Assembly: GCA_951406725.2 (NCBI GenBank) | Contig: OX597814.1 | Coordinates: forward strand, 182,590,001 to 182,654,000 | Direction of reading: 5' to 3' | From: Octopus vulgaris | Taxonomy: Eukaryota | Length of the DNA stretch: 64,000 bases | Shown here: one piece after another, positions 52,858-64,000 of the stretch | Position numbering within the stretch: position 1 is the stretch's first letter | How the letters are laid out: every line of letters begins with the position of its first letter | Notes under the pieces: generated by a model | Database searches by the model: none | Told to the model about the DNA's origin: nothing | The model's input: the letters and a program-made list of their open reading frames with translations, nothing else | Made by a program: the position numbers and the translations under genes

Positions 52858-53414
52858 GTCACCATAGTGGCAGTTTGTTGATACCACCACGTTAATGTTG
52901 TCCGCTGGTTATTAGTTTAACAAAAGTTGTTCTCACGTCGGGTTGACTCCATGATTATTGATTGAAGATGACGATGTTGGCAATGGTAGTTGTTGATAGC
53001 AGTGTGTCTGTATTTGTTCAACAGTTGTGTGGTGATAGACAATAATAACTCGACCTTGTTCAGTAGTAAAGCTTTATTCACAACAGTGTGGGTTAAGTAC
53101 AATGTTAATGCTTTATAGAGTTCTGTATAGAGGTGAGTAGTGTTCATATGAGATGTCTATAATGTGGTAGCGATGAATGAATGAAAGTTGAAGACATTAG
53201 TTGTGCTTTGTGTATATAGAAAGAGACTTGATGGAAGTGTTTCTAGAAAGCATGAGATAACAGCATTGAATTTGGTCTATACTGCTGGTGCATGTGGAAG
53301 AAGGATGTTCTTGCGTGAGAGAGGCCAGTGTTAACGTGATAGAGCAAAACTGCATGCTGGAAGTCCTTTAGAGAAGTGAGACAAGGAACTCAATTAAACC
53401 TGGCAGCAGCTACA
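52858..53414 (-). mobile_element. Possible degraded LTR with an adjacent primer-binding site
   Basis: Minus strand TGTAG start, internal AATAAA, then TGGTGACC (PBS-like); no second LTR is visible. Confidence 0.3.
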
Positions 53415-53894
53415 TTATGTAAGTGACAATCGGACATAGTAGAGAGCGCCTTTTAGAGGGAGCTTGCTTATTCAGCCAATCACAGACTGAATAGAGTTGT
53501 AAACATACAATGTTGTTTGAGCCTAACTGAGATCCAAAATGCATGTTTTAAGCTATGCTAGTACAGACATGCTACACATGCACACACACATATAGAGTTT
53601 TATTATAATATACACATGAGTATATATATATGTTCAATCTATCAGCTATTGTTTCACCCAGACAAGCCCTAAAATCAAAAATTTGGGTTTTTTAAACACA
53701 TTATCCTGTATCCATTTTTGGGAAACAGTAGGGTGTGTAGTGTTTGCAGGGAGATTTGACTGTTATTTCTAACAGATTGAGTGACTACATAAATGCTCCT
53801 TCACTGGCTCTTATTTGTAGGTTGTTGTTTATTCTCAGGCTGTCTCTGAATGAAGCAGACTCTGAAGAAAAATCTTTTGCAGCTACCTAAGCAG

Positions 53895-54293
53895 CTGTCT
53901 GGCTTCCGTGCCGGTGGAACGTAAAAAAGCACCATTTGAACGTGATCGTTACCAGCGTCGCCTTACTGGCACTTGTGCCGGAGGCACGTGAACAAAACAT
54001 TCGAGTGAGGTCGTTGCCAGTGCCGCTGGACTGACTCCTGTGCAGGTGGCACGTAAAAAACACCATTTCATGCGTGGCCGTTGCCAGTACCGTCAGACTG
54101 GCCCTCGTGCCGGTGGCACGTAAAAGCACCCACTACACTCTCGGAGTGGTTGGCGTTAGGAAGGGCATCCAGCTGTCCAACACTCTGCCAGATCAGACTG
54201 GAGCCTGGCGCAGCCATCTGGTTCGCCAGTCCTCAGTCAAATGGCCCAAGCCATGCTAGCATGGAAAGCGGATGTTAAATGATGATGATGATG
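53895..54293 (+). mobile_element. RTE 3' tail fragment
   Basis: Tandem units and (GAT)n. Confidence 0.85.
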
Positions 54294-55321
54294 AATTCAA
54301 ACTACTCCATTCAATGCTTCCTTATGTTTTAAATAGGAAAGGGTGATTTAGTCACAATTCCTGGCAAGTACGAAAACAACACAGTCTCCTTCTTTACTGC
54401 TGGTAAACACAGTGGCACTCAAAACTTCCTAACAAAACCATAGATGTAACAATAAATGAGGAAATACACGAATTATTTTCTATTCTTATACTTAGAGGTC
54501 AAAATCTAGTATTTTATAACACTCAAACTAATGGTATGCGTAATTTAATAACACATTCCTTCCTAGCTGTTCCTTTTGGGTTTATAGTAACTAATGATCT
54601 CAGTTGGAAAGAAGATCGAAAACACATCAGGGCTTTAGTAAAAGTATTTATGATATTGCATAATCTCGTCAGTCGCCGTTATCCAATTGTTAGTGCTTTT
54701 ATCTATATGGGAAACAACTTGTCGATAATATTCTTATTTCTTTGTACGTATTTTATTGTCCTAAAACCTAAATCCTTAAAGAAAACGTCAAAACGCCGGC
54801 AATATTTAATTAATTGAGACCTTTTACGCTTCTAAATGAAATGCATCTGAGGTCATTATACCGAAGGATCGCCATAAAATATTCTGTACTAGAGCGATTT
54901 AACATTCCTAAAAGCGCAGCTAAGGCATGAATTGAATTACAATAAAAGAATATGTTTTTCAGAGATTAATTCTCCTGTCAGTGGTTTATTTAAACGGCAG
55001 CCGACGTTTGAAGGTTAACGAATTCACTCTTTACATAACATAGAAGGAACAACTTCTGGCGATAATATCTTTCTGTAAATGAAACCGCATTTCATTAGTG
55101 AGTTCATAACAAAATGTATGATATTTATTGGGTTAAAATATATTTTATAGAAGTAAAACCTTCTGTATCGAAACTATTAGATTATAGGACCCTACTTAAA
55201 GATACTTATTATGTAAGTGAAAAGTCATTAATTCGTAATTAAAATATTAAAAACACATTTGAAAAAACATAACGAATAGGAAAATATATTCATATTTTTC
55301 GTTAAAAGAACTTTTGTTTAC

Positions 55322-55360
55322 CTGTTGACTTAATAATCGTAAACAAGCATTCCACCCCAT
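55322..55360 (-). CDS. SURF1: SURF1 exon 1 (putative start)
   Basis: ATG GGG TGG...CAA CAG|GTAAAC gives MGWNACLRLLSQQ in a CpG-enriched patch; phase fits exon 2. Confidence 0.7.
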
Positions 55361-55499
55361 GACGGTCGGTACGCGACGTTCAAGCACAAAATATCAGAGC
55401 GGTGCTATAAAAAGTTATGTCCCTTACAGAGCAAAGGCCTACTCTCTTGACTCTGATCCGGTACATTCCTTCGTTAGTAACTTCGGGGGAAAGTTTGTG

Positions 55500-55915
55500 G
55501 GATCTTTTCTGTTTGAACGGCAGTTTTTTCTAGCGGTGTCATATGAAATTGTCACCCATAATTATGACCCTAGTATCGATCTATTGCATTTCAATCTGTT
55601 TTATGGTTAGGGGTAGGGGGAAGGGTATCTTTTTTTCTTCACAAATATAAATAAACCCAATCTGTTTCGTAAACGAGGGACATACTCATACGGCACAAAA
55701 TGTTTTTTTTTACCTCAATAGACGCCATTGATTGGTTGAAATTGCAGAAACTGAAGAAAAAACAACAACAAATATCTTACAAACCATAGAATTTTCTCAA
55801 TAAAGCCAAGAGAAAAAGATGTTTTATAAACACATTCTACCAGTATACGAAGTTTAAAAGTGTTTAGTTACGTGGAAACTATTTTAAAAAACTGCCGTTC
55901 AAACGGAAAAGATCC
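55500..55915. mobile_element. MITE family M1
   Basis: TIRs; perfect TSD AGTTTGTG. Confidence 0.9.
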
Positions 55916-57040
55916 AGTTTGTGTTACAAATTCCTATTTCACTATCTCATGTCTGTTAATACTTCATGCCTGTGTATTACTTGTTGAGTTTGGAGGGGAA
56001 AGTATTGTCTATAATCTTTGTAGGCTCCCTCAAGACCAGAAGGTTTGATGCCATTGATGTTCCTTTTAGACTATTGCAAGCCAACTCCTGCAGGAAAGAC
56101 GAGTAGGGAGAAAATTATAGAGCACCGATGTTCTTAGGAGAAGAGGACTTGGCATAATGGCTAGTGCAGGTCAGAGGAGGTTGGTAGATCATGAGTGATG
56201 AAGAGTGGGGTTACGAGATCGAACCAGTTTTGATGATCAGTAGCAATAGAAATGACAGAGAAGAGACAGTACGCTTGTAGGCCAGAGGCTGGAATACGTT
56301 CGTAAGTGATTAACTATCAGTTAGTTGAGTGGCCTTTCTCTGTATGCGTAGCAGCAACACTGCCCCATATGTAGGAACAGTAGGAGACAAGGGGTGAAAT
56401 ATATATATTTTAGAACATTTGTGGAGTATCTTATCGAAGGGCACAATATCCACATTAGCATTCAAAGTTATGATCAGTTTTTTTTTTTTTGCGTATTTAT
56501 TTCCGTTAATTACTATTAGAGAGAGGGGGAGAGAGAAAGAAAATCAGTAGTTGACTGCCGTTTGGATATTAATGGAAGGTGGAAAAGTCAACAATTTATA
56601 TCGATCCCTTGCGTTACACCATCTCATTTAGAGCGCAATGTGCATCTCCCTCCCCGATACTCTCATCAACCATTTAGACATATGTAGTTAAAGCTATACG
56701 TTGCTGATGAAGTTAGAAAATACCGAACTATGTCTAGAGTTATCTCCCGTACTTGCCTGAATAATGGTAATAGTTTTTTTAAATATTGTTTTATTCATCG
56801 TCGTATATTTATTTCGAATTATCTTTATGATACTTCCTGCAATAAATATGTCAGCACTAACTTAACTAGTATAACTGATAAATGTTTCGTTAGACTGCAC
56901 TGAATTCAAATTCTCCCCTGCAATTGACAAGCCTTACTATCCAGAGTAGATGTTGCTCAATTGCTAGATTATACAGATGGAGATAGACCTCACAACTACG
57001 CCAGTTTTGCAGAAAATTTAAATACAACACTAACAATAAT

Positions 57041-57266
57041 TGGTGCTACTTTGGCGTGTGATCTACAATTTCAAGTAACTTTAGGTTACTTTTCAATTTC
57101 TAAAAGATGTTGGCTAAAGATTTTTACAATTTTGAAAAAATATATTTACAATGCTAAATATATTTAAAAGAATTTATTTAAAAAATGTAGAAACTGAAAA
57201 GTAAATTAAAACGTAACCTAAAGTAATCTCCCTTTAAATTGTAGATCACACGCTCATGTAGCACCA
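57041..57266. mobile_element. Degenerate MITE
   Basis: TGGTGCTAC....GCGTGTGATCTACAATTT and AAATTGTAGATCACACGC....GTAGCACCA inverted ends. Confidence 0.65.
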
Positions 57267-57836
57267 GACATTATTTCTCAATGGCAACATTTTCTGCTGA
57301 TTACAAGGTTTTCACCATGATGGGATAACTACGGTTAGTGTTAAGCTTGAACAGCTGCAAGCCGATGTCTTTAGGAAAAACATGGACAGGAAAAGAATTT
57401 CAGCAGGTTTGTTTTAGGTAAAGAAGAATTGGCATTCATTGTCAATGTAAAGCCTAAGAACCAGGACACAAAATTGGTTACGAGAGGAGAGATGGGTGTA
57501 TCGGGAAGTTTGTGTCGTATTTGTAATCAGATAACTAGCTCTAACAACCAGTACATATTCTACTACCGGTAGAAGATACGGAATAATGAAATAGCACATC
57601 TGTGGGATGGTGGTTGGAGTGTATTGGTAAGTGGATCCTTGCCAATCAGTCAAATGTAGAAAATGGAAATACGAAAAAAGAGATTAATCTAAAAATGACT
57701 CAAGACAAAATTTCTTTTATTGGTAATTAATGTAAGATATAGTATTACAAATATTAAATACCACTTGAATGGGTAGTACACAAGAGAGCAATAATCGCTA
57801 ATAGATTTGTCAACGGAATCGTTAAGCCTAATCTTG

Positions 57837-58254
57837 GGATCTTTTCGGTTTGAACGGCAGTTTTTTAAAATAATTTCCACGTAACTAAACACTTTAAAAC
57901 TTCGTATACTGGTAGAATGTGTTTATAAAACATCTTTTTCTCTTGGCTTTATTGAGAAAATTCTATAGTTTGTAAGATATTTGTTGTTTTTTTCCTTCAA
58001 TTTCTGCAATTTCAACCAATCAATGACATCTATTGAGGTGAAAACATTCTGTGCCGTATGAAAATGTCCCACGTATAAGAAACAGATTGGGTTTATTTAC
58101 ATTTCTGAAGAAAAAAAAGATACCCTTGCCCCCATCCCTAACTATAACCCTAAAACAGATTGAAATGCAATAGATCGATACTAGGGTCATAACTATGGGT
58201 GACAATTTCATAGGACACCGCTAGAAAAAACTGCCGTTCAAACCGAAAAGATTC
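57837..58254. mobile_element. MITE family M1 (opposite orientation to 55500)
   Basis: TIRs; TSD (T/C)AATCTTG. Confidence 0.88.
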
Positions 58255-59341
58255 CAATCTTGTTCACGTACGACAGGCTTTTGCACAGTTCTGTCAACCA
58301 AATTCCACCCACAAAGCTAAAACATAGTAGAAGACGTTTACCCAACTGTACCACATAGTGGAATTGAATCTGGAACCATGAAATTACGAAGCGAACATCT
58401 TAACTATACGACTTGCATGATGATAAAAAGAATTTCAAGTGAAACATTTTTCTAATTATTAATTTGTAGTTCTGAATAAGGCGGCGAGCTAGCAGAATCG
58501 CTACCGCGCCGGCCAAAATACTTGGCAGCATTTCGTCCGTCTTTACGTTCTGAGTTTCCACCGAGATTGACTTTCCTTTTTATTCTTTAAGTAAAATAAG
58601 TATCTGTTGGATGCTGAGGTCGATGTAACCGTCTTGCCCCTCCCCTAAAATTATTGGCCTAGTGAAACTAATTCGTAGTCCTGAATTGCTTTCTGATAAG
58701 CATTTAGGTGTAAAATATCCTTTATAGCTTTCGTTACACTTAGGCTTATCCGTATGAAATGGGTGCTGGGATAAATGGAAGATTACATTACAACATCTTG
58801 GAATTATATAAATGTTTAATAAACTTATAATAAATAATTTGCAATTTTAGACCAAGACCACACATTTGGGGAGAGAGTACATTGTCTAAGGTGATTCCAG
58901 CATAATTTTTTTTTTGTTTCAATCCTGTTGGATCAGTGACACAAAACTGATGGAGACGGGCTGTAAAAAAATTGACAAGTCTATTAAAATATTCTTTCAG
59001 AATCTTAATTTGCATTGTATGAAAATAAAAATACCAAAATAAATAAATAAAGAAAGAAAGAAAAGAAGAGCCCCACAATATCTCGAGTAGTTTTCTCCCT
59101 TAAAAACAATTTCCCAGCTCATTCCAAAATTCCACCTCAGTAGGATTTGAACTCAGAATGCACCCGTCCAGGTGCGGAATATATACGTCACTGAAACCAG
59201 CCTCATGAGCACGGCTCGAAAGGAAACATTTTATCATTGCGAGCAACTAAGAATTAACGAATCAACAACCGCCTAAGTGAAAAGCTTCCTCCAATCAAAA
59301 GTGTTCTTTTACTGGCCTCTTGGTTAGTATTAACAGGCATC

Positions 59342-59405
59342 ATGGCGGAGGGTTTACAGAAGCGGTTACAGAATGAAGTCGAAAAGTATCAAAGTGTTCA
59401 AAAAG
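59342..59405 (+). CDS. PFDN6: Prefoldin subunit 6, exon 1
   Basis: Kozak-like CATCATGG; MAEGLQKRLQNEVEKYQSVQK; donor gtaatt. Confidence 0.92.
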
Positions 59406-61261
59406 GTAATTTATAACAAAAGAATTTGAAATGTGACGATTTATCTGTGGCTACAGTTTGTTAAAAACTGTCATATTTTGCTGTTGTAAGTGCATGTACT
59501 GTCTTCCTCACGTGTATTTCCAAGGAAGGAGGCAGCGAATATTTTATGTATGAACGATGTGTGGATTGTGTAAATGCATAAGTAAAACGTTTTAATTATA
59601 TGTGTAAATATATAAATAGATGTGAATAGTGTAAATTTACACACAGAGTAAATGTATAGACAATATAAGCTTAAATGGTGCTATTTCAGGATACTTGAGA
59701 TTATTTTCATATTTCTTTATCGTGTTCCCTTCCTTTTAAAGTGTGGTTACTGAAGATGTATTGAGTAAGGCTTCTTTCTGATGAGATCACTGTTAATTAC
59801 AAACAATATGCGTAATTAAACGTTACCTATACTGGTCAACAGAATTTTAAACAGGTATACATGTGCGACTAAGAATTTTAAAAAAAAATATTAGCATATT
59901 AAATTGCACCACTTATGTATATATTTATACAGCAGTGTACATGATCTACTATCATTGGTATGTTCCAGGTAAAACACAAAACCTATTGATGTACTGGGAG
60001 CTAAATCACACAGGTGATTAAAAAGAAAATTTCTGCACAACACTTCGGTTTATGTAGTTGTTGAAATATAACTCTGAGGAACCTGTTCTTTAAATCTTTT
60101 CTTGCTCCTTGTACTTCTCTGGGTCTGTTGTCAACCTAAACGTTGATCTTTCGAAGCTATTTTAGTATTAACAAAATTCTGAAAATGTACGGCTTCGATA
60201 AGATTACCCAATCTTCTATTCTTCAGTATTAGATAAAAGTGGGAGACCTAACCATTTTGTGAATAACATTAAAAAAACTTAATCCGTGAAAAACATCTTG
60301 TCACACCATTTTGTACTTTTACAATTCTAATTCTAAAAATGAAAATGTTGCTTTTGCTATATCTCCAGTATTAAAAATAACTTATTTTATGTCTGATTTT
60401 CTATGCTAGAATGAGTTCAGTTAGTCTGCCCCTAACACACCGTCTTTCGTGAAGTGCAACATCTTGAGATCGCCTTCCACTATTCCATTACAAATTTCTT
60501 GCACTTGAATTGCATGACATTTCAACTGTCACAAGTTCCTTCCAGCTCGGTCTTCTCTTTTACACACTGCAAACTCATTACTCAGACGTTCATTTTTCTC
60601 TTTAGCTCACCTGTGTATTGTCTTACATACACACAGACAGGTGCTTATTATCTTGATAGTATTCAATACATTCAAAATTATATTTTCAATAGTCAGTAAT
60701 AAAACCAACCTCACTCTACAAGAGGTGTTATTTACATTTTGGCGATTGCCTACATTTTTACTATTACATTATAACAATTTCTAAGGATCACTATTTAGTG
60801 GTAGACAACTCCTGCTAAACTATCTGATTTTAAAAGAATTCGGTTTCTGTAAGGTTTATCAGTTCCATAGGACTTGAGCTTAGCACTGATGGTTAATGAA
60901 CATGTGTTGATTATAGTCTTCTTGCTGGCTACAGGTAGATAAAATGGAACAATTAGAGTTAAATTTTCAGGTCATGAACATTGTACAGTACTAGTGAAGA
61001 GACGCAACCACTGACTCTGGCTGGTGGTTTATCGCCCATTTGGTTCAGCCCTCTCATACTTCAATATTAGTCTATCTGCAAAGCACAGCTGTGGCTTATG
61101 ATTGAGAAGTTTGCTTTGAAACCATGTGATCTCAGGTTCAGTCCCACTGCATGGCATTTCAGGTGAGTGTTTTCTACTATAGTCCTAGTGTCCGAAACCA
61201 TGTGAGTGGATTTGGTAGACTAAAATTGAAGAACCCTGTCATAAATACATACACATATATA

Positions 61262-61295
<34 letters not shown>

Positions 61296-61585
61296 CTTTG
61301 TGTGTAAACTTGTCTTGACATCATGTGATGATTGTAAATGAGCATCACCGTCATGCAAACAATGTTCATTTCCAGTCTTCCATGAAATATTACCTTGCTT
61401 GGAAACAGGTATGGGTTGGTGATAGGAAGAGCATCCAGCTGTAGTAAATCTGCCTCCACAAAGTTCCATCTGACTCATACAAGCACAAAAAAGTGGATAA
61501 TGAACAAGGATGGTAGTCAGTTCATGATAATTTCTAAGTGATGCATTTGGAGGTCGATTTTACTGGTGTTGGCAATGAACATTAT

Positions 61586-62278
61586 TTCTGAATGTATGCC
61601 ACACCCTAGCGGTTGAGGGAACCTGCGGAAGAGGCAGACCCAGGAAAACCTGGCACAACCTTCGAACTTTAGGTCTCACTGAGGAAATGACTAGAGACCG
61701 AGACCTCTGGAAGTGTGCTGTGCGCGAGAAGACCTGGCAGGACAAGTGAGTCCATAACACGTGGCCTTCTACATGGGATGGAGCCAGCCTACGTATGCAT
61801 ACCTTTCCTTCTTGGGACACAGAACTCTACTTGTGAAGACCTGTTGAGGCAAGTGAGGATCAGAATCGAAATCGATCAATGGAAATTGCAGATGTGTTAC
61901 CAGTGCCGGTGGTATGTAAGTGAACCAACCGTTCGCGACCGTTGCCAGCGCCGCCCCGACTGGCCTCGTGCCGGTGGCACGTAAAAAGCACCATCCGTTC
62001 GTGTCCGTTGCCAGCCTCGCCTGGCCCCCGTGCCGGTGGCACATAAAAAGCACCATCCGTTCGTGGCCGTTTGCCAGCTCTGTCTGGCACCTGTGCGGGT
62101 GGCACGTAAAAAGCACCCACTACACTCACGGAGTGGTTGGCGTTAGGAAGGGCATCCAGCCGTAGAAACACTGCCAGATCTGACTGGGCCTGATGAAGCC
62201 TTCTGGCTTCACAGACCCCAGTTGAACCGTCCAACCCATGCTAGCATGGAAAACGGACGCTAAACGATGATGATGATG
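61586..62278 (+). mobile_element. RTE LINE 3' end (ORF2 terminus, 3' UTR and (GAT)n)
   Basis: CHTLAVEGTCGRGRPRKTW...LGLTEEMTRDRDLWK, followed by the family tail. Confidence 0.9.
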
Positions 62279-62948
62279 CATGTAAGTTCTGTGTATCTGA
62301 AACACAACTGAATTTATGGACTGGATATAATTTGGAGAAGCAAATTCTGTATGAAGACATAAATGTGAAAATGTTTGGAATTAATGCTTGAGAGAACACG
62401 TCATTATTTAATCTCCATCATCTATTTAAATATTTTTAAAGTTACTACAATTGAGATAATTTACAGTATAAATATAGCTTCCCAACCAAAGATCATGAAA
62501 CTTGTATCAGTAACTTTTTGAGTTAATAATTTTCATCTATATGCCATAAACTGCAGTGGTCTACTATTTTTTTCTTACATCTATCAGTCTGTTACTTTGT
62601 ATTTATATCATAAAGGCTTAATAATTTTAATCAATATTTCATTTTTATACTTCTGAGTTCTATCCATTTACATTTAACTATTAGTTTGCAATGCACTTGT
62701 AATTCATTTGGACTGATATTACATTACAAATCCAAACATTTGTTGTACAGACACAGGCAAGACAAATTATTTAGCCATCCACGTACTTGATCAAGAATTC
62801 GTCACATTTGGTACAGGAAACAGTGAATAGTACATTCACTGATGTTGCAAATAGCTACCCAGCTGAATAAAAATGCTACTTGACTTTATTTTTGTTAAAG
62901 TACATTTATATATGTTCCTCTATCAGTTTCATGTGACATACTTTTCAG

Positions 62949-63019
62949 ATATCCAGAAGTATATCATGGGAAAGCAGAAACTTGATGCCCAGCTCAATGA
63001 GAACACTTTAGTAAAAGAG
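62949..63019 (+). CDS. PFDN6: Prefoldin subunit 6, exon 2 (gene continues beyond the window)
   Basis: (D)IQKYIMGKQKLDAQLNENTLVKE; ttttcag and gtaata splice sites; phase matches exon 1. Confidence 0.92.
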
Positions 63020-64000
63020 GTAATATCTTTTTCTACTTTTAATCACTATTATGATTTTGCTAAAAGCATTTTACCATCTGAGTTTTCTACTTACTTTTAT
63101 GTATGAAGTATTTTTTTTTTTTGGTCAGATCTATCTCTTAATTTTTTTCTATGTAATAATTTTTGGTTTTTTAAAGTTTTAGCTTGGTGTTTTAATTTGT
63201 AAAATTCACAATCATTTTCTGATCTCATTTTATTACAGTCTAGACGTTATTATATTGTCATAATAATTAAGAAGACACACTAGTACATTACATATTCTAC
63301 CTTTAATAGTTGAAATTTCTTTACATTTGTAATACTTCTACTAATAATTCTGTCTAATTTTAGCTCAAAGCCAGCAATTTTGAGAGGGGGTGGGGAGGTT
63401 AGTTGATTACATCATTGCTGGTGTTTGACTGGTACTTAATTTATCAACTCTGAAAAGATGAAAGGCAAAATTGAACTCAGAAACCTTGTAAGCCAGAAGA
63501 AAAATAACAGAGTATTATTTCTTATGCTTCAACATTTCTGAAATTTGTTTATAAGATTAACTAATCACTTTGATTAATGATGCTAGATAACTGAACTGGT
63601 CCATTGTAATCATAGTTCTTATACTGGAATTGAATGCATTCATGTCATACAAATTTTTATAGGTTGGAGTATTCAATTATTGATTCTTTTTTTTATGTTA
63701 GTTTAACTACCCATTATCAAACTGGATAGAGGAATAACTGACATAGATTTCAAAAGCTGCATCACCAGCTATCAGACAGAGGGCAGTGAACCTGAATAAG
63801 TATTAACACATTGTATAATGGAGTCTTGAAATCCTCACATGGAACAATGGCATGATAAACCAGTTGTTGAAACCATGTCAAATTGGAATGTATGAGTGAA
63901 ATGTGGACTCTACAAACTACATTGCAAGCTACACATCTTGGAAAGTAGAAACTTGGTATAAAAACTGATATAGGTAGAGGAAATTCTTTAGTTCATCTTG

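Larger units (their letters stand above)
34786..55360 (-). other. SURF1: SURF1 gene (cytochrome c oxidase assembly factor), complete, 9 coding exons, 298 aa
   Basis: Exon lengths 39+117+122+189+73+48+118+82+109 = 897 nt in one frame; motifs [29 protein letters not shown]...LRNEHL.Y..TWY.LS. Confidence 0.95.

Noticed and set aside
55404-55414. TATAAAA as the SURF1 TATA box
   Set aside because: It is on the plus strand, opposite to SURF1, and such motifs are common in this AT-rich DNA.
55960-56460. Coding-like segment between SURF1 and PFDN6
   Set aside because: Only traces of a LINE RT motif (minus-strand SYCSYIWG) with stops; too degraded to delimit as a feature.

Overview
This is eukaryotic, AT-rich and repeat-dense DNA; the SINE, RTE and microsatellite content strongly suggests an octopus (cephalopod) genome, though that assignment is an inference. 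Three spliced genes can be rebuilt by hand with GT-AG junctions and consistent phases. They are the 3' 11 coding exons of the PRP4 kinase gene (PRPF4B, +, 6710-32054, 5' part outside the window), a complete 9-exon SURF1 (-, 55360-34786, 298 aa) and the first two exons of prefoldin subunit 6 (PFDN6, +, from 59342). Introns and spacers hold two tRNA-derived SINE families, RTE, CR1 and other LINE pieces, a Penelope GIY-YIG fragment, MITEs (Merlin-, piggyBac- and pogo-like) and Helitron-like elements. The most striking unannotated signal is at least four sequence-unrelated families of type-I hammerhead-ribozyme-like motifs, mostly in inverted (fold-back) pairs. One is a TSD-flanked element joining a tRNA/Pol III head to hammerhead-bearing arms (31310-31788), and another has a compensatory G3-C8 catalytic core (52471-52521). 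All structures were read by eye; no folding or database search was run.
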